A DNA stretch of 64,000 bases, from IMG/VR virus record IMGVR_UViG_3300043411_001118, positions 1 through 64,000 of that record. One strand, written 5' to 3'. A program made the position numbers and the translations under genes. How positions within the stretch are numbered: position 1 is the first letter of the stretch; every line of letters starts with the position of its first letter. The DNA comes from a virus. The notes beneath the pieces were generated by a model. That model did not search any database and was not told where the DNA came from. It saw only the letters and a program-made list of their open reading frames with translations. Below, piece by piece: positions 1-9,589 of this stretch.

Positions 1-14
1 CCAGGGACGATTAT

Positions 15-151
15 TACCAACGGAGCTACCAACGGAGCTACCAACGGAGCTACCAACGGAGCTACCAACGGAGCTACCAACGGAGCTACCAACGGAGCTA
101 CCAACGGAGCTACCAACGGAGCTACCAACGGAGCTACCAACGGAGCTACCA
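15..151. repeat. 12-bp tandem repeat (TACCAACGGAGC) x11.4
   Basis: 11 perfect units from 15 plus a partial TACCA; overlaps the stop of the gp54-like gene. Confidence 0.98.
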
Positions 152-835
152 GTTCCCAGAAGCCCCGTTATTCCCTTCAGTCGGGTTTCCAAGCTCATCA
201 GCAATATCTGACCCAGACTTAGACAGATCATTTAAAACATCCTCATAAGCCCCTGGCTTGCCTCCAGGACCAATATCAATTGAACCAATATCAGACGGCA
301 ACCCAGATCCACCTGTTCCAGTATTGATAACCCTAACATGTCTATGGTATGCAAAAGTAATTGTTAGCTTGTGATAACTGTTGCTTGCCTCATATGACAA
401 CTCTTGGGCTACTATAACCTTTGGATAGGTTTCCTGGAACGTCATGCCATATGATGCAAGTCCATCAACACCCAATTGAAAAACTGTAATGTCTGTAACA
501 TAGTCATCGTAGTAACCAACGTAATTGGAATAAGGATCAATCACTTTCGATTGCCAAGCCTCAAAAAATCTTCTTTCGATCATCGACTCGGAACACATAA
601 AAGTTAAATCGAGATCGTCATACATTCCGGTGTATGGCATTTCTCGTTTTGGCCCAGATAGGATGTGTGGAGTAGTTGCGAGATTTCTTCCAGCAAGTGA
701 TGCGCGTTCGCAGCGCATGGCAATCTGCCTAACACTATCACCAAACGGGGATGTGATATACACAACATAATTGCATGGCCGCGCAAGCCCACCCGCTAAT
801 AAATCATTTTTCATTTCATCGACGTTAAATGCCAT
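146..835 (-). CDS. gp54: T4-like baseplate tail-tube initiator (gp54/gp19 fold)
   Basis: [34 protein letters not shown] motifs; synteny with gp2/gp4/gp48/gp53. Confidence 0.75.
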   Translation of the reverse strand: MAFNVDEMKNDLLAGGLARPCNYVVYITSPFGDSVRQIAMRCERASLAGRNLATTPHILSGPKREMPYTGMYDDLDLTFMCSESMIERRFFEAWQSKVIDPYSNYVGYYDDYVTDITVFQLGVDGLASYGMTFQETYPKVIVAQELSYEASNSYHKLTITFAYHRHVRVINTGTGGSGLPSDIGSIDIGPGGKPGAYEDVLNDLSKSGSDIADELGNPTEGNNGASGNW

Positions 836-1546
836 CTATTTCCTCTTTCTAATATTTCGACGCTGACCAGCTTTTGTTTGTGTTGCGCTCATCTTACGAC
901 CACCACCCTTGGCATTTTGTTTCTTGTCAAACTTCGCGCCTTGAGCCATTGCAATACGTCTTGAATCTTCCCAGACTTTTGATTTTGGTGCTTTCTTAAA
1001 TTGCTCGACAGGTAGGAATAGAGCAATCGGCCACTCAACAGATTCAATCCTTACGAACTTAGATTTCACATGACTAGTTAAGTACATTTTTAAACATGGC
1101 TTGAACCATTTAAATCTTGCAGCCGCAGCCAATGTCTTATAGGAGATATTTAATTTTGTTGAATCATTAAATCGTTTGTTATTCGCAATTGATAACAATG
1201 CATCAAGTAGGACAGCCCGATATTTTGGGGCAAGGTAGTGAAGATTGATTCCAAGGAATCGTCCCTTGCGAGGTGCTGGATCAATTGGGAATATTAATGG
1301 AAACCGATCATAATAGGGTAACGTTGCCTTATGTTTTGGATCATAGGCGAAAAAATACATTCGTCCTAATTGCCAATTTGATCTGAGACGTTCCGATTCT
1401 CCAACCAGATCAGATTCATCAGTACCCTTAGAAAATTTCTCAGTCCTAGCCTTATACCAATTAATTGCTTCTAATGATTTTGCTGGACCAATACCGGCCC
1501 TTAGCGCATCAGCCAAAATTTTATCAAATAGGGAGATATTTTCCAT
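836..1546 (-). CDS. gp2: DNA end protector protein
   Basis: GRMYFFAYDPKHKATLPYYDRFPL and GINLHYL motifs. Confidence 0.92.
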   Translation of the reverse strand: MENISLFDKILADALRAGIGPAKSLEAINWYKARTEKFSKGTDESDLVGESERLRSNWQLGRMYFFAYDPKHKATLPYYDRFPLIFPIDPAPRKGRFLGINLHYLAPKYRAVLLDALLSIANNKRFNDSTKLNISYKTLAAAARFKWFKPCLKMYLTSHVKSKFVRIESVEWPIALFLPVEQFKKAPKSKVWEDSRRIAMAQGAKFDKKQNAKGGGRKMSATQTKAGQRRNIRKRK

Positions 1547-1551
1547 GTCTG

Positions 1552-2109
1552 TTATTTAGGTGTAGATTTTGGTTTCTTCACAGTATTAGGCACTCTTCTA
1601 TACTTCGATTTTTTGACAGGGACGATTCCCTTAATACCAAATTTTTCTAATACATGCTCATCCCAGATTCTAAATTCCCATCCACGAGTTTCGCAGTATC
1701 TTTTCGCAGCTTCCCATTTTGACGTATTTTTGGCGTATCGTAAACATTCACGGATGAACACATGTTCTCGTTTCTCAGCAGATTTCACCGGGGGAGCAAC
1801 TTGGTATGCTGGCTTAATCTCGACAAGAATAGTTCGGCCTGAGTCCAGGACGATTTTTAGATCAACAAAGTAACGATGCAACCTGTTATCAGTCTTGCAC
1901 TTATATCCAATGATTGTTGTTTCTGAACTCCAACCACGGATTTTGTTATGACCATCAAGGAATGAAAATACCCTAAACTCCCAATTGGATCTTGCGATCA
2001 CGTTAGTCGGATCACCCATATACTTCGACGGATTTTTTACATGGTACTGACGATGTTTATCTTGATGTCTAAGTCTTGTTGATTTTCTCATGCAATCGTC
2101 CTGGATCAA
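1552..2109 (-). CDS. gp4: head completion nuclease (TnsA-like); start may be ATG 2091
   Basis: KYMGDPTNVIARSNWE, WSSE, HRYFVD, VEIKP, KWEAA motifs. Confidence 0.92.
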   Translation of the reverse strand: MIQDDCMRKSTRLRHQDKHRQYHVKNPSKYMGDPTNVIARSNWEFRVFSFLDGHNKIRGWSSETTIIGYKCKTDNRLHRYFVDLKIVLDSGRTILVEIKPAYQVAPPVKSAEKREHVFIRECLRYAKNTSKWEAAKRYCETRGWEFRIWDEHVLEKFGIKGIVPVKKSKYRRVPNTVKKPKSTPK

Positions 2110-2181
2110 TCTAAATTCACTTTTGTGAATTTGTTGGATGAACCAACTAAATATTACCGAACATACTTAGCAGCAAACCCA

Positions 2182-2931
2182 ATGCCCAGAACTCGACCAG
2201 CCTCAAAATTAGCCAACAATCCGTACAATAGTCCGAAACATTACTATCCGCAGGATTTGGGCAATGAAGGATCAGAGCCTTACATTCTATTTGATATTCG
2301 AGCCGGTGTTGTTGATAAGCCAACCCCACTAGCTGTAATTGGTCTCCCGATGCCTTTAAAACTTGGGGTTAGTTACGGCGCAGCCTATAAAGAAGTTTCG
2401 ATGACTCTTGATGTTTATAAATCTCTAGCGAATCATATGGAACCGATAACAGAGCTAGGTCGAATTATTGCAAAGGGACTCGACACCACTGGATCAAACC
2501 TATCAGCAGAATTTGAAAGAAGTCGCGGAGCAATTGTCAACCCGCACATGGCCACGCTATTTGAAGGAATTGGATTTCGAAGCTTCACATTTGATTTCAC
2601 ACTAGCAGCGCGAAACAGAGAAGAATCAGATTCAATTCAAAAATTGATTGCGCGTTTCAAGTATCACATGGTTCCTGGTGTTCCGGTCGGGGGCGCATAT
2701 CAAAGAGATCTTTTATATCCGGACAATTTTGTTATTTCATTACATTCACCCGTTCAATCGTACTTGTTCAAAATTGGCACATGCGCGTTAAAAAATATGG
2801 ATGTCGATTATTCCGGCGCAGGACAGACAGCATTTTTTAGAAATAGCGGTGCGCCTGTAATGATTCACTTAACTTTGACATTCCAGGAAATGACGATCAT
2901 GACTAAGGAATTAATTGAGCAAGGTTATTAA
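2182..2931 (+). CDS. gp48: baseplate tail-tube cap
   Basis: NPHMATLFEGIGFRSFTFDF and LTFQE motifs; TAAATA at 2148-2153 favours ATG 2182. Confidence 0.85.
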   Translation: MPRTRPASKLANNPYNSPKHYYPQDLGNEGSEPYILFDIRAGVVDKPTPLAVIGLPMPLKLGVSYGAAYKEVSMTLDVYKSLANHMEPITELGRIIAKGLDTTGSNLSAEFERSRGAIVNPHMATLFEGIGFRSFTFDFTLAARNREESDSIQKLIARFKYHMVPGVPVGGAYQRDLLYPDNFVISLHSPVQSYLFKIGTCALKNMDVDYSGAGQTAFFRNSGAPVMIHLTLTFQEMTIMTKELIEQGY

Positions 2932-2933
2932 CC

Positions 2934-3428
2934 ATGAGACACTTCCGATACTATCCAATTGAAAACTATGAATCGTCCTTGTGCATTGATATAACAGCAC
3001 GATCTAAGGTTAGAGATATCATCAAGGCTAACGTATTCATCTATTATCCGTACACGATAAAAGATGGCGAGAGACCTGATATCATTGCACATAAGTATTA
3101 TGGATCAGCAAATTATACTTGGATGGTTCTATATGCCAATGATATTTTCGATATGACCTTTGATTGGCCTCTCAGTTCTCAGGAATTTAATAGCTATATC
3201 ACTGAAAAATATGGATCTATTAGTGCAGCAAAATTAGAGATTCACCACTACGAAAATTCAGATGGTCTGATTATTGATGAGACCAGTTATCTTGCAGATT
3301 TGTCCGGTTCAATCATTTACTCGTTTGAACACGAAATGACCTTAAACGAAGCAAAGAGAGATATTAAGTTATTTGATGTCTCATACCGGGATCAGTTGGT
3401 TACAGAATTTAGAAGAATCTTCAAATGA
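2934..3428 (+). CDS. gp53: baseplate wedge subunit
   Basis: IKDGERPDIIAHKYYG...WMVLYAN...DWPLS. Confidence 0.92.
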   Translation: MRHFRYYPIENYESSLCIDITARSKVRDIIKANVFIYYPYTIKDGERPDIIAHKYYGSANYTWMVLYANDIFDMTFDWPLSSQEFNSYITEKYGSISAAKLEIHHYENSDGLIIDETSYLADLSGSIIYSFEHEMTLNEAKRDIKLFDVSYRDQLVTEFRRIFK

Positions 3429-4861
3429 TCGACGAAGTGAACGATCTCTCCTATAACCCTCCACTAGAGAAGATCAGGAAAGAACATGACTTTATCATTG
3501 AACAGATAAAGTTAGTCTCTCACACAGGGGCAGAGCATGAACTAAGTTTCATTAGAGATGAGCTAAGGATCTATGCAGACCTATACAGTTCTACAATGTC
3601 CGGATCAATCTCAGTCAATGATGCAGTCGATCTTCCCCAGTTGATTCCGTTACTAGGTGAGGAAAAAATTAAGATCACGTTCACTAGACCAAATGTCACA
3701 GTTGATCCAATTGCGGGGGAAATGGGGGTAACTGTTACTGAGGATATACTTGATTCCATCGATATGGAATTCATCATCTATAAATTGGGGAATAGGGAAC
3801 TTAGTAAAGATAAGCTTCAGAAATATACATTATACTTTACTACCCAAGAGCGATTAAATGATATCAGGACGATTGTTGGAAAGTCGTTTAAGGATAAGCC
3901 GTTTCACGAAGTTGTCGAAATTATCTATGATGAGAGTATCAAGGATGGTTCCAAGGGAGCGAAAGCTAAGGAACTAATTGTAGAGCCGACTAGGTATAGT
4001 CAGAATTTTATAGCTTGTAATAAGAGACCAATTGAATTGATTCAGCAAATATGCTCAAGGGCGATTTCCGATGAAGGGAATGGTTCAAGCTATGTGTTCT
4101 ATGAGGATCAGGAGAATTTTAATTTCATTACCCTGAGTAAGTTAGTTCAAGGTGAAGTCAAAGAACAGTATGTCTATAACCTTGCTAACGTACACCGGCC
4201 TGAAGGTGGATTGATCAAAGCACAGGATATCGCAGCCGATCTTAGGTCCGTTCAGGAATACGAATTCACAAAAGAGTTTGACATCATCGACAAAGCTAAT
4301 AAGGGTTTATACGGATCAAGGCTAATGACCTATGATCTATACAGACAAAAAATTGATGAAGTGGAATTCGATTATCAGGAAGCATTTAAAACCTATCCGC
4401 ATCTTGATGCGAATGATGTACATACACTAGAGGCTGAGATTTTTGGATATCCCGATGCACATTTTATGTGTATGGAAACGGATAAAGAACAGGACACGGT
4501 TCCTTACATTGCGGAAAATGATCCAGATTTGAAACCAAGGTACATTGAAGAGTCTGTCCAGGTTAGAAAGCATCAACAAAATTTACTGGACTATCGCAAG
4601 TGCCAAGTCGTTGTCTCAGGAGATCCACGAAGGAAGCCGGGGGATGTTGTCGAATTTAAACTTCCTTCCGCAATGGGAAATTTGAGTGAGGAATACCCCA
4701 AGGAAGATGACAAGTATCTTTCTGGTAAATACCTAGTCATGGCAGTTTGTCATGTCTTGTTAAAGAACAGATACTCAATGATCATGGAACTTGTTAAAGA
4801 CTCGTTCGTTGAAAAACCTGAGTATGTTGATCCGAATTCACTTTATGAAGACACCTATTAG
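3425..4861 (+). CDS. probable baseplate hub (gp27-like)
   Basis: 478 aa directly after gp53; YVFYE, GD...PGDVV and SGKYLV..V.H motifs typical of this position. Confidence 0.6.
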   Translation: MIDEVNDLSYNPPLEKIRKEHDFIIEQIKLVSHTGAEHELSFIRDELRIYADLYSSTMSGSISVNDAVDLPQLIPLLGEEKIKITFTRPNVTVDPIAGEMGVTVTEDILDSIDMEFIIYKLGNRELSKDKLQKYTLYFTTQERLNDIRTIVGKSFKDKPFHEVVEIIYDESIKDGSKGAKAKELIVEPTRYSQNFIACNKRPIELIQQICSRAISDEGNGSSYVFYEDQENFNFITLSKLVQGEVKEQYVYNLANVHRPEGGLIKAQDIAADLRSVQEYEFTKEFDIIDKANKGLYGSRLMTYDLYRQKIDEVEFDYQEAFKTYPHLDANDVHTLEAEIFGYPDAHFMCMETDKEQDTVPYIAENDPDLKPRYIEESVQVRKHQQNLLDYRKCQVVVSGDPRRKPGDVVEFKLPSAMGNLSEEYPKEDDKYLSGKYLVMAVCHVLLKNRYSMIMELVKDSFVEKPEYVDPNSLYEDTY

Positions 4862-4871
4862 GAAAGGATAA

Positions 4872-5225
4872 ATGAAAACTTACAAGCAAATTTTAAAAGA
4901 ATCAAAAACCTTACTTAGTGAAGATGGATTTCTCAACAGCTTAGAGAGTCTATTTGATCTCAAAAAGGCTAAGCAGAATGTGAAGGCTGGAGTTTCTTTA
5001 ACCAAGGAAATGATTCAAGCCGTCAAAAAACACGATCCAGAAGACAAGGCAACTATAAAAGATTATGAGAATGACATCTACGACTTAGAAGAAATTTTTC
5101 TTGCATTGGATAACGAAGAGGTAACAGAGGCAATTAAGATGTTTGATAAGTTAAGTGGTGATATCGCGGATAGGGTAATCGATCCGGTACAATATAAAAG
5201 ATCTTTTCGCAAAGATTTTTTCTAG
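4872..5225 (+). CDS. putative internal head protein
   Basis: N-terminus MKTYKQILKE resembles the T4 capsid-targeting sequence; in late operon. Confidence 0.55.
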   Translation: MKTYKQILKESKTLLSEDGFLNSLESLFDLKKAKQNVKAGVSLTKEMIQAVKKHDPEDKATIKDYENDIYDLEEIFLALDNEEVTEAIKMFDKLSGDIADRVIDPVQYKRSFRKDFF

Positions 5226-5271
5226 AATCGTCCCTGAGCTACCGAAGGAGCAAGAGCTAAACTTCCCCATC

Positions 5272-6291
5272 ATGAAAAAATACTCCACATTTCTTCTTGA
5301 AGCTCAACTCACACATTCCGATGCAGTTAAAATTCTTGGGCTAAAGCCCGGATACTCTCCAGACGATCTATCCTCGACCTATAAGCTAATGGCTAAACTT
5401 CACCATCCAGATAAAGGTGGGGATGTTGAGCAAATGAAACAGATCAATGCAGCTTATAATTTGCTGAAGGGATCGCCATCTGGAGATGATGAACAAAAAT
5501 CTTGGGACAAGTATCAGGCTAGAAAAAAACGGGATACCGAAAACTTAACTGATATCTTAGAAGTCTTTACTAAGAAATATCAACCAGGAATCTTTAAAGC
5601 CTATTTTGAAGACATCTACGGTATATCATTTAAGATGGAAACTTCATCACATATTGGAATGTATGGAGCTAATGTAAAATCGAAATACTTTAGTGAAGAT
5701 CGCGGAACTGTTATTGATATTGAATTCTATATGTCCGTGAATAGTACCAACGGAGATGCGAAATTAGGACCAGACGAACATTCTGGAGTTGGAATGACTA
5801 TATCCAGGACGATTTTTCATAACAGGAGACGGATCAAACTAGCTCAACAGAACTATTCGTTTGAATCGGACTATCGAGTGTTATCACAACCGGAGAAATT
5901 GTTTCCTAAAGACAAGATGGTTGATAAGTCTAAGAATGCAGGAAATTTGAAATTTAAGAAAGCTGATGCAATCTTAACAATCAAAAATGAGTTAGGTGCA
6001 AGGTGGGATGGAACCCAGTGGATGCGGATTCCCTTGAATGACAAATATACCTTGGTAATTTATCGATTGACTTCAATGGGTATTGGAACATGGGGAACTA
6101 GTGGGATCTACGAAGGGAACCGGCGCGTATCGAATGGACCGTTTCTATTACTAGTTGAGAATCAAAAAATTATCTACTGGTTTGTCGAACAGGTCAAGGG
6201 ACGATTACAGAAAGATATCGACTTAGCGCACATTCAAAAAGTTTTGATCGACATGGGCGCAGAATATAAAGAGTTGATCAAGAATCTTTAG
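5272..6291 (+). CDS. J-domain (DnaJ-like) protein with capsid-targeting-like N-terminus
   Basis: ILGL...YKLMAKLHHPDKGG...INAAYNLL with HPD motif; N-terminus MKKYSTFLLE. Confidence 0.85.
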   Translation: MKKYSTFLLEAQLTHSDAVKILGLKPGYSPDDLSSTYKLMAKLHHPDKGGDVEQMKQINAAYNLLKGSPSGDDEQKSWDKYQARKKRDTENLTDILEVFTKKYQPGIFKAYFEDIYGISFKMETSSHIGMYGANVKSKYFSEDRGTVIDIEFYMSVNSTNGDAKLGPDEHSGVGMTISRTIFHNRRRIKLAQQNYSFESDYRVLSQPEKLFPKDKMVDKSKNAGNLKFKKADAILTIKNELGARWDGTQWMRIPLNDKYTLVIYRLTSMGIGTWGTSGIYEGNRRVSNGPFLLLVENQKIIYWFVEQVKGRLQKDIDLAHIQKVLIDMGAEYKELIKNL

Positions 6292-6451
6292 CGATTTTAG
6301 CAGTAGAATTCGCAACTAATTTTTCGATATCCCATAAAGTCACTTTAGTAGCACCCCTCAGTTCTGGAGTCATTAACGAGTAATGTATTTTACTCCACAC
6401 ATGGCTTTTAATATTGATACGAACTAGTTGGTAATTTGCTTTTGGTTTCAT
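6278..6451 (-). CDS. 57-aa mini-protein missed by the ORF track, paralog of 7092..7292
   Basis: hand translation MKPKANYQLVRINIKSHVWSKIHYSL...KVTLWDIEK matches the paralog. Confidence 0.8.
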   Translation of the reverse strand: MKPKANYQLVRINIKSHVWSKIHYSLMTPELRGATKVTLWDIEKLVANSTAKIAKDS

Positions 6452-6465
6452 ATTCTGGTGTGTCC

Positions 6466-6690
6466 TTATAAAAATATTGGATCGTCACTCCAATAACCAA
6501 GAAAATACGCTGGCATTTCGCGTCTAACAGGGACCATCGAATTTTCTATTGATATGGTAAATAGTTTCTGTGCTGATTGAAATTTTTCATGAATCACAAG
6601 CTTATTATAATACAACAAATCGATCTTGTTCTTACGCTGTAAGGTTTCTGCAATTTTTGCAGATACGCCATTGAGATTAAAATCGTTCAT
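6466..6690 (-). CDS. hypothetical mini-protein
   Basis: array member, ATGA overlap. Confidence 0.65.
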   Translation of the reverse strand: MNDFNLNGVSAKIAETLQRKNKIDLLYYNKLVIHEKFQSAQKLFTISIENSMVPVRREMPAYFLGYWSDDPIFL

Positions 6691-6878
6691 GTTTTATGTG
6701 GGATGTCAGAATTTATCACTAGGGTTTGTAAAGGTTGATAATATTTTTTCACCTCGATTCCCCTTAACGCGCCAATTAATTTCGTGTTGAATATTTTATT
6801 CCAGAACATGTCATTTATTATCCTAGTGGGTCCATTTTCGTTAACAATGTGGTCCAGGTAATTTATCGGTTTATTCAT
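6687..6878 (-). CDS. hypothetical mini-protein
   Basis: array member. Confidence 0.65.
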   Translation of the reverse strand: MNKPINYLDHIVNENGPTRIINDMFWNKIFNTKLIGALRGIEVKKYYQPLQTLVINSDIPHKT

Positions 6879-6884
6879 AATTAT

Positions 6885-7085
6885 TTAAATTCCCAAAAAT
6901 TGATTCAGTAAAAATCTAACACTCGATTGCCCGATATTTGAACGAACCTCCGCGAATACATTGGCATCAGAAAGAATTTTTAAATCCCAACTAATCTCGC
7001 GGGAAATTGATTTGGATATCTTAGTCGAAATTTTTTGATACATTTTATTCTCGATGCGTTCTTCAGGCTCTAATTTTTTGGTCAT
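6885..7085 (-). CDS. hypothetical mini-protein with 4-residue periodicity (KISTKISKSISREIS)
   Basis: array member. Confidence 0.65.
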   Translation of the reverse strand: MTKKLEPEERIENKMYQKISTKISKSISREISWDLKILSDANVFAEVRSNIGQSSVRFLLNQFLGI

Positions 7086-7091
7086 AATTGT

Positions 7092-7292
7092 TTAGCGCAG
7101 AGCGCCCCCGATATCGACATTTCTTTCAGTAATTACGTCCACTAGTAAATTCGCAGTCATTTTTTCGATATCCCAGATAGTCACTTTCCTAGCACCCTTT
7201 ATGTTTGGAGTTATCAATTGGTAATGTATTTTACTCCACACATGGGTTTTAATCTTGATACGAACTTGCTGATGGTTTGAATTGGGTTTCAT
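7092..7292 (-). CDS. hypothetical mini-protein, paralog of 6278..6451
   Basis: start set at ATG 7292 by alignment with the paralog. Confidence 0.75.
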   Translation of the reverse strand: MKPNSNHQQVRIKIKTHVWSKIHYQLITPNIKGARKVTIWDIEKMTANLLVDVITERNVDIGGALR

Positions 7293-7296
7293 ATTC

Positions 7297-7479
7297 TCAT
7301 TCTTCCAACATGACATTTTGAATTTGAGATTGTCTAAGTACGTTGTCTACTTCCGATACTAAAATAATAAAGAGCAATCTTTGAACCTCACCCAAAGGTT
7401 TTGGACCTTTATTAAATAAATTAGTTTCCATGGTTCGTATGCATGTATCAATTTTGAATTTCACATCTTGATTATCCAT
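7297..7479 (-). CDS. hypothetical mini-protein
   Basis: array member. Confidence 0.6.
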   Translation of the reverse strand: MDNQDVKFKIDTCIRTMETNLFNKGPKPLGEVQRLLFIILVSEVDNVLRQSQIQNVMLEE

Positions 7480-7696
7480 GACTGACCATCTTATATACTT
7501 CGGGACTATCCATTCTTGTGATCATCCTTCCGATTCCCCTCATCTTATATTGAATTTCGAATACCGCATCCATAGTTAATTCGTAAGAACCATCACCAAA
7601 ATTAAAAACTTTGTCCTGACCGAGATCGTATTGCATCCGACCTAATACATGGTGGATACGAGAGGATATTTCGGCAATGTCTCTTTCAGTGTCCAT
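7472..7696 (-). CDS. hypothetical mini-protein
   Basis: array member. Confidence 0.6.
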   Translation of the reverse strand: MDTERDIAEISSRIHHVLGRMQYDLGQDKVFNFGDGSYELTMDAVFEIQYKMRGIGRMITRMDSPEVYKMVSHG

Positions 7697-7856
7697 TTTC
7701 GATCCTTTGATGAAGACAAGTTACTTCCCTTATACTCGATTCCATTAGTTGAATCATTAACAAAGTGTAGACAGAAAATTGGAAAGGAAACTCTAGCTCC
7801 GACTTAAAAAATTCATCAAGAGCATTGTAGATGTGCGCCGATTTTTGCTCATTCAT
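7686..7856 (-). CDS. hypothetical mini-protein
   Basis: array member; ATGA-coupled start at 7856. Confidence 0.55.
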   Translation of the reverse strand: MNEQKSAHIYNALDEFFKSELEFPFQFSVYTLLMIQLMESSIREVTCLHQRIENGH

Positions 7857-8083
7857 AATTTCGTTCTCAATCGTCCTTGATGTATCCAAGCTACTACCTG
7901 TGAGGAATTTCTTATTATCTGATTGAACGGACCTCTAACCTCTACTTGAAATAACCAAGAATCATTCACGGAAACATGATTGATAACTTCTGGCATAGAT
8001 TTAATAACAGCCTCGTCAATCGTTTGGGAACATTGTTGGGATATCAACATTCCAGAAATTTTTATGTTGGTTTGATTATTCAT
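7853..8083 (-). CDS. hypothetical mini-protein ending QGRLRTKL
   Basis: array member. Confidence 0.65.
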   Translation of the reverse strand: MNNQTNIKISGMLISQQCSQTIDEAVIKSMPEVINHVSVNDSWLFQVEVRGPFNQIIRNSSQVVAWIHQGRLRTKL

Positions 8084-8089
8084 ACTATC

Positions 8090-8302
8090 CTAAAATCGTC
8101 CCTTGTATAACGCTCGACGAATGTTAAATTCTTGAGAACTTTCCATTCGAGTTTGAATTGCGGCTATTAAATCCGTTACATAGTAATTTGGCATTGGAAT
8201 AATTGTGGATGGCAAACTTTGATTCAAGGAACATTCCAAGGATTCTAATGTCCTTAAAATACAATCCACATCTCCATATTGCATTTTAATTTGTTTGTTC
8301 AT
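8090..8302 (-). CDS. hypothetical mini-protein ending KGRF
   Basis: array member. Confidence 0.65.
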   Translation of the reverse strand: MNKQIKMQYGDVDCILRTLESLECSLNQSLPSTIIPMPNYYVTDLIAAIQTRMESSQEFNIRRALYKGRF

Positions 8303-8303
8303 A

Positions 8304-8504
8304 CTATTCTAACCTCAATCGTCCCGAAACTAATTTTTGAAACCCCAACAAAATCGTCTCATACGCTACACATGTTATATGTGATGACCACGAAATTTTT
8401 GATAGTCCTGGAATATTTGAATCTAGTCTCCACCCGATCTTTTGTAATGTATAATCGATTTCTCCCATCTTATTAAATGCTATGTTTGCTTGATGCTCAT
8501 TCAT
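8304..8504 (-). CDS. hypothetical mini-protein ending SGRLRLE
   Basis: array member; ATG 8504 follows the stop of the upstream ORF. Confidence 0.6.
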   Translation of the reverse strand: MNEHQANIAFNKMGEIDYTLQKIGWRLDSNIPGLSKISWSSHITCVAYETILLGFQKLVSGRLRLE

Positions 8505-8505
8505 A

Positions 8506-8718
8506 TTAAAACTCCGGAAAAATACGAGAGTCTGAACCATGTGCGCCCACATTCCAGATTGTGGCGAGTAATTCCCAATAATAATGTTGTATCGCGTAGT
8601 TAGTAAAGTGTTGAAGGTTTTGGTCCAAGGACGATTCGATAGCTTTAGCTCTTTCAGTAGCTTCAATGGCTATAATAATTCTAGAGTTTCCATCCTCTGT
8701 CCAAAGTTTATTTTCCAT
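8506..8718 (-). CDS. hypothetical mini-protein
   Basis: array member. Confidence 0.6.
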   Translation of the reverse strand: MENKLWTEDGNSRIIIAIEATERAKAIESSLDQNLQHFTNYAIQHYYWELLATIWNVGAHGSDSRIFPEF

Positions 8719-8952
8719 TTATTTTAACCTCAATCGTCCCTTGTCTAAATTCCTCAATCTCATCAAAATTTCCTGGTCCAACCAAACTACCATACTATAC
8801 TCAAGTTCTGGAGTCTGTTCAAATAATGTCCAATCGATTCTTTCGACCCCGTTATCAATGTGTACAACCCGACTCAGACCAAAATTTGGACCAACGACAT
8901 CCACACTTACTTGTTTTGAATCAAGAGTTTTGTCTCGTGGCATTATTTTCAT
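8719..8952 (-). CDS. hypothetical mini-protein ending KGRLRLK
   Basis: array member. Confidence 0.65.
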   Translation of the reverse strand: MKIMPRDKTLDSKQVSVDVVGPNFGLSRVVHIDNGVERIDWTLFEQTPELEYSMVVWLDQEILMRLRNLDKGRLRLK

Positions 8953-9149
8953 AGTATCCTTCTTTGATTGGCCAATTTCTCTGGAGATGATTGATTCAAC
9001 ATTAAATTTAACTCCTGGATACGATTTTCGAATCGAAGCTGTTGGTATGCCGATACTTCAACCAAATCAAAAAATCCAACAAATATCTTGTGCTTTAAAG
9101 ATTCTCGAATCGCCCACGAATATCGAACACTGGAGTTTGGCTTATTCAT
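8949..9149 (-). CDS. hypothetical mini-protein
   Basis: array member; ATG 9149 overlaps the end of the upstream ORF. Confidence 0.55.
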   Translation of the reverse strand: MNKPNSSVRYSWAIRESLKHKIFVGFFDLVEVSAYQQLRFENRIQELNLMLNQSSPEKLANQRRIL

Positions 9150-9345
9150 TTGGTGTAAATCCAAAATTCGATCTATTGACTTCTCGCATATTCTGAAACC
9201 AAGTGAATAAATTCGTATGAACCACGCCAATAAAATCATAAGGAATTTGTCGAAATGATCCATGACGAAACTCATTTTCGATATGTTCTCTAATCCCCGC
9301 CGCAACTTCCTCGGAAATTATATGTGATTGAAGTTGATGATCCAT
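9142..9345 (-). CDS. hypothetical mini-protein
   Basis: array member. Confidence 0.6.
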   Translation of the reverse strand: MDHQLQSHIISEEVAAGIREHIENEFRHGSFRQIPYDFIGVVHTNLFTWFQNMREVNRSNFGFTPNE

Positions 9346-9346
9346 A

Positions 9347-9589
9347 TCAATACCCCATCGATTTTCGAAGATCTTGTTCCACCAAAAAATCGTGATCCGA
9401 CACTACATTCTGAATATCAAACTCGAAGTTAATTAATTTTATAACTCCATCGATTGAAAGTCTGTTAGTTATTCCATACCTCAAATCATTTTCCACGTTA
9501 CGCTGAATTCGAACCTTTATCAGCTTGCCGAAATTTGCATCGAGATGGCTTAGCATAGCCTTACCATCATGTTCGATATTACTTGTCAC
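9347..9589 (-). CDS. hypothetical mini-protein
   Basis: array member. Confidence 0.6.
   Translation of the reverse strand: MTSNIEHDGKAMLSHLDANFGKLIKVRIQRNVENDLRYGITNRLSIDGVIKLINFEFDIQNVVSDHDFLVEQDLRKSMGY

Noticed and set aside
11-151. TAG recoding suggested by the in-frame (TAG-L-R-W)n run ending in TAA-TAA
   Set aside because: Core genes are intact in the standard code and several end at TAG at the expected place (gp2 abutting the next ATG, primase, helicase, phoH).
15-151. CRISPR array
   Set aside because: 12-bp units without spacers and no cas genes; same for 52841-52920.
6278-7292. DGR template/variable-repeat pair
   Set aside because: Differences between the paralogs are not adenine-specific and there is no reverse transcriptase in the window.
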